Assembly: GCA_048013815.1 (NCBI GenBank)
Contig: CM106586.1
Location: 15,438,001 to 15,502,000 of the forward strand
Source: Setoptus koraiensis
Taxonomy: Eukaryota; Animalia; Arthropoda
Reading direction: 5' to 3'
DNA: 64,000 nucleotides
The position numbers and the translations under genes were made by a program. This document shows, one piece after another, positions 1 to 10,132 of this stretch (positions are counted from its first letter, which is position 1; every line of letters begins with the position of its first letter). Below the pieces are notes generated by a model. The model saw only the letters and a program-made list of their open reading frames with translations, searched no databases and was not told the origin of the DNA.

Positions 1-940
1 GCGCGCAGGTTTGATTTGGGCCGAGTCGGCTTGTGAGCGGAGCACATTGTGCAAAGCGGGCTCAATTTCAGCCGCTCAAGTGAAAAAAGCTAAACCCGCA
101 ATCCGATTGTGACCGGACTTTTCAAGTCGCGGGTCGCGGGTCGCAATTTGCAGCCCGAGCGAGCCAATCTCGCTGAGCGAATAATGATTTGTTTACTTTC
201 AAATTACCTTACGTGTATTGACATAATATTTGTATAATGCACAACAAGCTCACTTGACAAACACGTGACGGCACAAACAGCGCGCGCAATAATTCAACAA
301 TGCAAAACAAAGCATTGATGTCGAGCCATGACAGCGCGACAATATCTGGTCGCTATGTCACTGGCAATTGGGCCCGCGCCAGTGCGCCAACACCGACACG
401 CGATGGGAAGAGCAAACAACGCACCTATATGCGCGCCATAATCACCCATTATATACTGTACATGGCGATTGTTCAATAGTTTTATTTGACAGAGTGCCCG
501 CTGTCAGCTGACTGGCGACGCTGTCAAACGGCTGCCAGCTGACTGCCAACACTGTCAGACGACTGGCAGCGCTGTCAGTGCGACTGTTGTTGTGGTCGGC
601 ACACGCACACACACTCGCGGGCCTCTTCATTAATTGCATCAAAATGGACGGGCCCACTTCCGGCGCTGCGAGCACACGCACGCGCGCACAGCGCTCTAGC
701 TGTTAGAGTCTGGCGGCGCGCACAGCGCTCTAAAGGCGGGCACAGCAATGGCGCACGATGTGCCAAATTGACATGATAATCAACGCGCACCACAGTATTA
801 TTATAATCCAATTACACACGTTGCGCAACGCGCGTGCAGCGCGCTAGCAACTTGACGGCGCACGTTACGTAACGTAATTACGCGCCAGTTACGCAACTTA
901 CGTAACGTAAGGCAACACGCGCGCCCCATTGGCGCGGCGG

Positions 941-993
941 CGTTGAGCCGCAGCACGTTGAGCCGCGGCACGTTGAGCCGCGGCACGTTGAGC
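941..993. repeat. 15-bp minisatellite (CGTTGAGCCGCRGCA) x~3.5
   Basis: Directly visible tandem units. Confidence 0.9.
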
Positions 994-1230
994 GAGCCAA
1001 AGCGCAATGCAAATATACAAATGAATAGATTAGCTTAGATTATAAGTTATAGATAGTGTGCGTGAATAGCGGCGTGCAAACATGACTCGCCAAGCCGTGA
1101 GCGTGTGTGTGTTGCGTAACAGTCACAACAATGGCGCCATTTGTTAATCAGTGGTAATCTCTGGGCAGCTTAAAGGGGTTGGCGTCTCTCGCCGCCGACA
1201 TGCCCGCTAATGGCTCCCCTCATCGACAAC

Positions 1231-1350
1231 AACCGCCGACAACCGACAACCACCGACGACAACCGCCGACAACCGACAACCACCGACGACAACCGCCGAC
1301 AACCGACAACCACCGACAACAACCGCCGACAACCGACAACCACCGACAAC
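1231..1350. repeat. 30-bp minisatellite x4 (AACCGCCGACAACCGACAACCACCGACRAC)
   Basis: Four consecutive 30-mers with no spacers. Confidence 0.95.
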
Positions 1351-2498
1351 AAGCACAACGTGGCGCAAATTGGTTGTGTCTGCTGGGCACGCGTTGCCGA
1401 GCGACTTATAACTTGTAAGTTAAAAGCGAGTTGCATCAGAGCGATCCGACGATCAGATGCGGTTGCCATCGCCGGCGCTGACAGCCAACTCTGGATTTAA
1501 TTTAAATCTAAACAATCTAATCTGTCGGCCAGTGCCAGTTGTTCGCGCCAACCTCAACCACTGCGCTGTGACGTAAGCGACCAAGCACAGAACGCGGCAT
1601 CGTGCAACAATGGCATAATATAATGATGGCATTATGTAATCATCGCAGGCTATTATCACGGCGTCACACGATGGTAGCCTCGTATCATGTGATAATTCGC
1701 GTGATACGCAGGTGACTTGTGGTGCGTTGTCGGCGTTGAGCGACCGTTATTATTATTGGCGTGAGTGTCGCGCTGGCTAGATTGACGGGATACATAAATT
1801 AAATAATATATTGTGCAAACAAACTGACATTGATTAGCGCGTTTGGTGTGCTAAACAACTTGACAAGTTGCATTAAATGATAATCATACTACCGCTAATG
1901 AACTAACTGTTTTGGCACACACACACTGCATTGGAAAATTGTTTCATTTTGGCGCACTTTCACACTCGCAACACGCTACTAATTTCGTCGCATTGGCTCG
2001 CATTGGCTCGCTTTGGCTCGCATTGGCGCCATCTTAATCTTTGGGGCCCCGCCAATCAGCCATCGGTGTTGTTGTTGTTAGTTTGTTGTTGGTGGCTTGT
2101 TGTTTGCTGGGCGCTCTGCACAACGTTTGCGGGCCAACTAAATGGCGCTGCGAGCTGCGAGCGTCGAGCAGCAAACAAGCAACAACAAACAACAGTTTGT
2201 TTGCCAACTCTCTGCCAACAACTTGTTTATTGTTCATGACTCGTCAGTAGTTGTGTGACTATTACACATATTACATCATCTACGCTCATAGCACTTATCC
2301 CGTCATCGTCGTCGTCCGTTGAATTATCCATTGAATTGTTGTGCGCTGTTGTGTGACGCAATCACCAACAATGGCAACAAACAACAATTGCCATGTGTTA
2401 GCAAACATCATAATTGTCGGCGCATATGTCCCGCTATTTATAACGGGATATATGACATGCCGCTATGAGTTGTGCGCGAATGTGTGCCTCTATTATTT

Positions 2499-2499
<1 letters not shown>

Positions 2500-2541
<42 letters not shown>
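2500..2541. repeat. (GT)n microsatellite
   Basis: Directly visible. Confidence 0.95.
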
Positions 2542-2545
<4 letters not shown>

Positions 2546-3167
2546 GCGTGAAGCGCACGTAAAAAATAAATAAATCAATAAATGGGCCCCATTCAAGCCA
2601 TGATACAAGCGGCTGGCCGATGCAAGTGCCGTCGCAAATCAGAGTGCAAAATGAGCCCAATTGTGGCCGCCACACGTCGCCAATTATCTGGCCTCGACCA
2701 TGTGCGCATTGTGGCGCCTCAGTTGGCGCCAACTGGGGCCGCCAGAGATAATCTGCCCACTCGCCAGACGATAGTTGGGCGGGCTCGCGTTCAGGGGGCG
2801 CTCATCATAATTATGATTGGAGTCATCGAGTGGGCGAAGCTCACAACGATGATAGCAATTCAATCACGATGATAGCTGATGACGACACAAACCGACAATT
2901 GTGCGATATGGTCGCTGCTGGCCAGCAGAAACAATCGTCCGGCATCTATATCCAGATATGATCTGGGCCCCGTGCGCCAGCACAAAGATAGCGGCGACTG
3001 TTGGCAAGCCGCATCAGGCGCCAATGATGCGGCTTGCCCATCGTCGGAATTAGATCACCGTATCCACGACAGACATACAAATATGTTGGAGGGTTGAATC
3101 GAAGCCGAATCAATTGTGCGCTGGATCATTATTTACATTCAAATTAGAGTGAGTGGCTATACAACCA

Positions 3168-3170
3168 CGG

Positions 3171-3234
<64 letters not shown>

Positions 3235-3265
3235 GACAACGACGACAACAACAACAACAACAACG
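3168..3265. repeat. (CGACAGCGA/CGACAACGA) 9-mer grading into (CAA)n
   Basis: Directly visible. Confidence 0.9.
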
Positions 3266-3540
3266 CATTTCGGCATTACAGCCCTATAATGGGCACCGTT
3301 ATTCTCGCCTCTTGCACGCTCACTGCACACACTGACAATGTGCGAGCGTGTGCCAGGCCCCATTACATAACATTAAAGTGTTCTTTTGTGAGAGTTTGTC
3401 TAATTCAATCATAACAGTGCCCTATAAAGCGAGCTGCTTTTGGTTGCTGTCGCCAGTCGCTGTCGAGAGAGTCAACTGTTTCAAATGGCCCCACGATAAG
3501 TCGCGATAAGTCATTTGAAGGGCTCGCAAGAGGCCCCAAT

Positions 3541-3606
3541 GGGTGCACGATGGGGCACGATGGGGCACGATGGGGCACGATGGGGCACAATGGGGCACAA
3601 TGGGTG
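3541..3606. repeat. 10-bp minisatellite (TGGGGCACRA) x~6
   Basis: Directly visible. Confidence 0.9.
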
Positions 3607-4597
3607 CACTGTGGATGCAGTGTAAGCCCGCGATGGCCCCACTGTGGCCTATAATGCGTGTTTGTCGAGGCTGGCCAGTTGCAAGTTTGCAGTTTGGGCC
3701 CCAACTGCAAACTGCGCGAGCTTGTGTGTGTGTGTGTTAATTGATTCGCATTATCTTGTAGTTAAACAAATAGTAATTTCAAATGGTCTTGCGCTGGCAC
3801 ACACACAGTTTATATTAAGTAATATAATGAATAGCTAGCTAGCGAGTAATTTTGACTAATTTGAGCAAACTGTTGGGGCGAGCGCGAGAGCGAGCCAGCC
3901 CAACAGTTTGCCCAAACAGAGCGATCGTAATCATCATGATGACCATGATTACCAGCCAATGGGGCCAATGGGGCCAATGGGGCCAACGGGCCAGCGGGGC
4001 CAACGGGCATGTGAGCATTTGCTGATTGGCCATTTAAGTAAACAACATGCATATGTATTTGATTTAATGAGGTTGGCCACCATTGGCGATTGCATTATTA
4101 TTGCAAACACACAACAACAACATACAAGCTATCATCATGCATCAATCAGCCAATTAGGGGCTCTGCCGGCGTCGTGTTTGTCTTACTTTTTCCTGTTTCG
4201 GCGGCTACTTGGGCGCCCATTTCTGCAGCTACTCTCGTTAGTCACGTTGTTGTACGAGGCCACTTTGTGCCAGTTCAACAACAACAACAGCAACAACAAC
4301 AGCAACAACAACAACATGAGTTGCTGGCAATTCATTTGAATATTTGCTCTCCATGCCAGCGCTCGCTGACTAACTAGCCAACTAACTAGCCGTTGTGAGC
4401 ATGCGATGGGCACAGCGCCACCAGTGCAGCAAGAAGCTAATCAATTATTGTTATTGTTTGCTTATCTTTCATTATTTTTATCATTACAAACAAACTGCGT
4501 GTGTGTGTGTGTTACTAACTAACTAACTGTTACTATTACCATTACCGTTACACTTGCTACGTGTTTGCCGTCGTTGTTTGCACTGGCCCCACATCGG

Positions 4598-4691
4598 CCC
4601 GATCCCGCCCGGTCCCGTGCTATACAATCCCGCGCGATCCCGCGCGATCCCGTGCGATCCCGCCCGATCCCGCCCGATCCCGTGCGATCCG
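4598..4691. repeat. 10-bp minisatellite (GATCCCGYSC) immediately upstream of the Mnx acceptor
   Basis: Directly visible; ends 6-8 nt before the AG at 4698-4699. Confidence 0.9.
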
Positions 4692-4699
4692 CTAAACAG

Positions 4700-6358
4700 G
4701 TAAAGATTTGGTTCCAGAACAGACGCATGAAATGGAAGCGGGGCAAGAAGGCCCAACAGGAGCTCAAATTGGCCAACCAGCATCATCACAACAGTCATCA
4801 CGGTCACAATCATCATCGGTCGTCGTCGCAACGTAACAGCGCCCCAGACAACGCCAATGCAAACAATAATGCAAACGATAATCATTCGCATCGTCATGCA
4901 CACAATCATCATCATCATCATCATGCCCATCATCACAATCAAACTCAAAATCATTATCAGCATAGTCAGAGAGCAACAACCAATGATTATAGAACCAACA
5001 ACAACAACAACAACAACCAGCAAACATTGCGTAATCAGCAGTCGATGGTAGTTGATAATGATTTGCAAAGCGCAAACAAAACAACAGCAACAGCAACAAC
5101 AACAATGCAACAACAATTGGCCAGCCAACAGTCAACGAGGCCCCACAACATGCCAGCAATAGCTGCACTACAACAGTGCGCTGGTCACACTGGTCAAGCG
5201 GCAATAATTGGCAATGACGCAATTAGTATGACGCAAACGGAACAAACGGAAATGATGGCCGGCTCAACGAAACTCAACATGATCAACAGCAGCAACAACA
5301 ATGTTCAAAAGTATATTCACAACCCGTTGTGTGCATCCGCGTCGATGATGGACACGCAAAACAGCAACGACGACGATAGCCGCCAGTCGTCGTCTTGTCG
5401 GCGCATTCAGACCAACGAAACAATTAACGATGATGATAAACAACAAAACGATTCCATCCATGTGGCCGGCGGCAATAGAGACAGCAGCAGGCAAAACAAT
5501 TGGACAACCATGACAATTGACTGCAACAACAACAACAACAATGATTCACAACACAACAACGAAAAACACACGCATATTAATCAATCAAAATTGTATCAAC
5601 CGATGGATGACCGGAAGCAACACAATCAACATGACGATGACGACGACAACTCGTCGTCGTCTTCTTACATGTCATCGTCGTCGTCGCTGGCCTCATCATC
5701 GTCTAATTTATCTTTAATTAGTCAATTGAACAACACTGATCATAACCATTCATCACTAGGTCAGCTGGTCGACAATGATGCATTAAATCACAAAGCCACC
5801 AATCTTGAGGATGCCGCCCCCGTCGATAATACCGGTAACAGTGTCGACAATGATGTTCAGCGACCTCACCAACGTGACAGCGGATTGTCGTTGCGTAACC
5901 ACACCAAGGCTAACAAGCAACGAGTTGCCGGTGGCGACAAGATGACGCTGGCACAACAAACAAGTTGTGATGGCATGTTAAATTATGACGACAATAATGA
6001 TTCAAATAATAATAATACTAATAATAATGATGCAAACAATGAAAATGATACAACCACTGATTGTGACGACATGGTCAAGTCGAATGTGTCGTCGCTGACG
6101 AAGCACAACACTTCTGATTTGGCCACCAACAAAACAGAACAAGTGACCGACAACGACGACGAGCTGGACGATGAGGCAATCGAGGTTGATGTCTACGAGC
6201 AACAGGTAAATAAAAGCGCCCCAACAAAATCCAACCAATTGGCTGCTGACAACAATGAGACTGAATTGAATTCAACAAAAAGTAAAACAGTGGCCCATAG
6301 AAACAATACTAGTCGAAGTAGTAAGAGCCATTTAAAACGACCCAGCGTGCCCAAGTGA
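4700..6358 (+). CDS. Mnx: Terminal coding exon of Mnx/exex (HB9) homeobox gene; upstream exons not found in window
   Basis: Helix 3 VKIWFQNRRMKWKRGKKAQQELK matches the Mnx/exex class (KWKRSKKAQQE). Acceptor AAACAG|GTA at 4699/4700 is at the common phase-0 Q|V homeobox intron position. A long N/H/Q/D/S-rich tail runs to TGA at 6358. The track start at 4565 is intronic read-through. Confidence 0.8.
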   Translation, partial: VKIWFQNRRMKWKRGKKAQQELKLANQHHHNSHHGHNHHRSSSQRNSAPDNANANNNANDNHSHRHAHNHHHHHHAHHHNQTQNHYQHSQRATTNDYRTNNNNNNNQQTLRNQQSMVVDNDLQSANKTTATATTTMQQQLASQQSTRPHNMPAIAALQQCAGHTGQAAIIGNDAISMTQTEQTEMMAGSTKLNMINSSNNNVQKYIHNPLCASASMMDTQNSNDDDSRQSSSCRRIQTNETINDDDKQQNDSIHVAGGNRDSSRQNNWTTMTIDCNNNNNNDSQHNNEKHTHINQSKLYQPMDDRKQHNQHDDDDDNSSSSSYMSSSSSLASSSSNLSLISQLNNTDHNHSSLGQLVDNDALNHKATNLEDAAPVDNTGNSVDNDVQRPHQRDSGLSLRNHTKANKQRVAGGDKMTLAQQTSCDGMLNYDDNNDSNNNNTNNNDANNENDTTTDCDDMVKSNVSSLTKHNTSDLATNKTEQVTDNDDELDDEAIEVDVYEQQVNKSAPTKSNQLAADNNETELNSTKSKTVAHRNNTSRSSKSHLKRPSVPK

Positions 6359-7120
6359 ATGATGATTGGCCAGCGGATATTTCTCGGAGCAGCTTCATTG
6401 ACACAACATATTTGTTTTGACAGCTACACTATACTGTACAACCATGTAACCATCGTCTTGTATTATATACATTACCAATATAAGATATAAAACAATGTAT
6501 TCTGATTAGGAAATGTATTATCATTTATGCCACATGTAACCAGATGTGACATATCACTATTGAATTATACAATAATAACATAGCTAAAAATACCATAGAA
6601 AAATCAAACTCTAAATGATAGTCACACTACCCGTCTGAATATTTCCATATTTAATATTGTCCACTGCTGCTCTCGTATCGTTTCTTTTCTGTCCCCCTCG
6701 AGTTCATTCAATTCCAGTGAATCAGTCAGAATTTGTTCAGAGTTTCGCCAAGCACAAAAGTGCCAAAAGATTGCCGGATAAAATGCATACACGGTGCACC
6801 GATATCGTCAGACACATCGACGACATAGATAGACTATTGTAAGATACTTGCCTCATCCAAATGAGCTCATGTTTCGGGATATATTTAGATCATCGTTTGT
6901 TATATTATCAAGTGCCAATCTCGTGATTGAATGGATACATGTAAAGCGCAGCATTTGCTTCTCATTCATGAATCTGAGCGCGGCTAGAGGCATTGGGTCA
7001 TCAATCACAATTGCCTCTCGATACCACGGACAAGTAAGCCATAAGTAAGGGCTCATATACAAAATATTTGTGTTATCTGCTTTTATCCATTACAAGTGAT
7101 ACACATAAACAACAATCGAA

Positions 7121-7351
7121 ATGTCGAAAATGTTCCTCCTCAAGATTTTTCTATTAGCATTGCCGGTCTCAATTATTTGTTCTCAGATAGTGCAGGTGAA
7201 CTGTAACCCTCTGACAGATCTCTCGTTATCATTGCTACCTCAGCCGGCGTTTGGCTTCGCAAACCTAGACGCTGATGGCGACACCATTATGGTTGACGCC
7301 TCTCCTGATGACACCGGCGGTTTTGATCTGAACAGTTTTCCCATCGAGTGA
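7121..7351 (+). CDS. Small putative secreted acidic protein (76 aa), orphan
   Basis: ATG in an A-rich context (CAATCGAAATG). Basic N-terminus plus hydrophobic core (FLLKIFLLALPVSII) resembles a signal peptide; the mature part is D/G/P-rich. No family recognised. Confidence 0.45.
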   Translation: MSKMFLLKIFLLALPVSIICSQIVQVNCNPLTDLSLSLLPQPAFGFANLDADGDTIMVDASPDDTGGFDLNSFPIE

Positions 7352-7791
7352 ATGAAGAGCGAAACAAAACAAAAACATCAACGCAAGGATATCGGTGCCT
7401 ATTCACCATGACAACTAATACGAATCACGAAATAAACACATATCAATTTGTGGGCTCCGCTTAAATAAGTGAAGCCCGAATCCCAAAAAATTCCCATCGA
7501 TTTTCACCCATGTTGCACAAACTGAAACAAATCATGATGGTCGTTCAATACAACAGATATACTCTTGATTGTGTGTGCATTCGCCGGGATAATCTCGATG
7601 AAACAAGTATTGGGGCAACTCAAGACGCGACCGTTGAACTAGAGCCGTAAATTAACAGTCTTCAACTTTGTTTAACTTTTATTAACACGTCACAGAAGAT
7701 ATGTAGCGTTGTAAACTTATATAATAATTTGTTTCTACAATAGCTAACTAAACATTAACTAAACAACTGTTGTTTATTATTTGTATAATTA

Positions 7792-8889
7792 TCACTTTTT
7801 TCGTCCGTAAATTTTTAACAACATTGAGTAAAATATCTCACTTGGAATATCTGTTTCGTTACTGAACTTATCTATGAGAGTGCTGAGTTCCGAGAAGGAT
7901 TTCTTCATATAATTGTTGTATATTTCCTCAATTCCCAGCTCTTTATAGACACGCTTAACAGCATCCACGTTCTCTTTTTCTTTTCTTGCGTAATTTTGCT
8001 CCAATATTTGCTTTTGTTGTTCGGTAGCAAGTGACAATGCGGTAACAATTGGCCAACAACATTTTCCCTCCTCTATGTCAGTGCCTATTTTGCCAATGGT
8101 AATTGGATCTCCAAAACAATCAAGATAATCGTCCTGTATTTGGAACACATGACCCATTTTGCGTAATATAACATCAGCCTTTGCATGCAACTCACTGTCT
8201 AATACATCTGACAATATCATACCCAATCTAATGGGGGCAGAAAATGAATAGAAAGCTGTCTTGTAATCTATAATAGTGTCGTATTTTTCTTTTGTAAATA
8301 ACCGAAAGTCTGGTACCATTCCAGGTTTAGCTGAAGACAATAGGTCACGGTTTTGACCAAGTCCCGTCTTTTTCATTGTACTCTTAAATAATTTGAATAA
8401 TTCTCTAAAGTTTGCATCATTAGAGAAGTATTTATCTAATATATCGAATATACCTGTCAACATTAAGAAGGAATCGTTAATGGCAATACTGCCAACATTT
8501 TGTTTGAGATGCCAACATTTTTGTCCGCGCCTCACCAACGATTCATCCATTATATCGTCCAATATAAGGAAATGTGTTTGCAGTAACTCTATACACCAGC
8601 CAACTATTCTTGCACGAACTAAATCCGGCGTTCGTTTGTGATGCTCAGAAAGAATCCGATGTGTCACAACAACGGCTATTCCTCGATTTCTTTTACCATG
8701 GGGCAAATTGTAATTGATGGCCTCTCTGAACCAGCTCATGGCGTCGGATATCTCATTAACCTCTGTCTCATTGGTGATGTTATCATCAAGTCTAGTAAGA
8801 TCGTTGATAAAAGGATCTAGGGCTTTGTTGAAGGCACTGGCCTCCTCTTGTTCCAGAGCATCGTTGTTGCTGTAGTTGTTGTTGTTCAT
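7792..8889 (-). CDS. FDPS: Farnesyl diphosphate synthase (trans-prenyltransferase), intronless
   Basis: GKRNRG, FARM LDDIMD..RRG..CW, GQNRDL, YKTAFYSF and SARM FQIQDDYLD..G...GKIGTDIEEGKC motifs. First ATG at 8889 (MNNNN). Confidence 0.95.
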   Translation of the reverse strand: MNNNNYSNNDALEQEEASAFNKALDPFINDLTRLDDNITNETEVNEISDAMSWFREAINYNLPHGKRNRGIAVVVTHRILSEHHKRTPDLVRARIVGWCIELLQTHFLILDDIMDESLVRRGQKCWHLKQNVGSIAINDSFLMLTGIFDILDKYFSNDANFRELFKLFKSTMKKTGLGQNRDLLSSAKPGMVPDFRLFTKEKYDTIIDYKTAFYSFSAPIRLGMILSDVLDSELHAKADVILRKMGHVFQIQDDYLDCFGDPITIGKIGTDIEEGKCCWPIVTALSLATEQQKQILEQNYARKEKENVDAVKRVYKELGIEEIYNNYMKKSFSELSTLIDKFSNETDIPSEIFYSMLLKIYGRKK

Positions 8890-9770
8890 GATGCCTGATG
8901 TTGAGAGCAATAATTACAATAATAATAATTATCTAGTAGTTGGCAGAGTATATATAAATATATGTGTGTATGTGATGAATAAATAATAATATTAGTAATA
9001 ATAGCGGTGATAATATATATATATATACAAATAATAGTAATATAAATATACAAATGGATATTTATATATTTATATGAATATAATACATAGATAATAATAC
9101 AACAAAACAAAACACGATTTGAGAGTCGCGTTTTTGCTCGACACAAAAAGAATTGCAACAACGTGTTCGCAAAGAACGAGAGAAAATGTCAAAACGAAGG
9201 CCAGTAAATAAAACACATGACATGAAGTGACGCACATGCTCTGTTGGGCTTTTCATCTATGAAAAAGAAGTATTTGATTGTGTTGCATTGTTGTTGCATA
9301 TTGTTGTCTGGTAAACTCACTGTTGTTTGTTTGCTCGCTTGAACTTGTCCCGCTCTAACGGACTGGTTAATTAGTTAATTAGATGAGATTGCTGATTGAC
9401 TTTGTGAATTGGCGTTCCTAGACTTGAATGAATCACTGTTCGTTTATATTTTGTGAATATTGTTCAATTATCGCCGTCTGTGTGTTGTGTTTGCCAGTTT
9501 TGGTCCACTAGCCAACTATATCTGTGAGCGATAACAAGAAGTCACTTGTAGCAACTAAAAATGGTCCCTTGCCGCTAAACAGACACTTGTACCAACACAC
9601 TTGACTTGTTGTTGTTGTTGTTGATGTTGATGTCGTTGATGATGTTGTTGTCTGTTGGTTGGTTGGTATAATTCGCTGGTATCACTTATGTCACAAAATT
9701 CATTGGCAATTCATTTAGTGCGGTCAGGTTACAAGCCACCACTGTTGTTGTCGATGTGTCTCAGGCGCAT

Positions 9771-10132
9771 CAAGGTAATTCACACAAATTACATAACTCT
9801 CTCAACTTATAACTTACAACTTATGAATTTTTGCTTGTTACTTACTGTAATGAGTATATGATTTATGTTTCGCATTGGAGGAAACGCACCTCGTCTTGCG
9901 TGTTCGTCTTGTACGCAGGCTAACTATTCAAGTCTAGGGGGAACAAGGTTATCTCACAAATTATATAACTCTTATCTTACAACTATCTTATGACTAATAA
10001 CTCTGAGCTTTAAAAATTTTTGCTTGTTATTTGCAATGAGTATATGATTTATACATGTATTTCTTATCAGAGAGGAAACGCACCTCGTCTTGCATGTTTG
10101 TCTTGTGTGTGTTGGCTAACTTTTCAAGTCTA
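9771..10132. repeat. Imperfect tandem duplication, units ~9771-9936 and ~9944-10132
   Basis: Shared blocks in the same order: AATTTTTGCTTGTTA, AATGAGTATATGATTTAT, GAGGAAACGCACCTCGTCTTGC, GGCTAACT.TTCAAGTCTA. Confidence 0.85.

Noticed and set aside
1231-1350. CRISPR-like appearance of 30-bp repeats (also 33960-34038)
   Set aside because: Contiguous tandem units with no unique spacers, no cas genes, and a eukaryotic context.
3861-3882. miR-87 (shares TTGAGCAAA)
   Set aside because: Only the seed matches, it is on the wrong arm, and the 3' half differs.
294-4565. Many 60-150 aa track ORFs and the 4565 start of the homeobox ORF
   Set aside because: They are translations of microsatellites and minisatellites, and the true exon begins at the 4700 acceptor.
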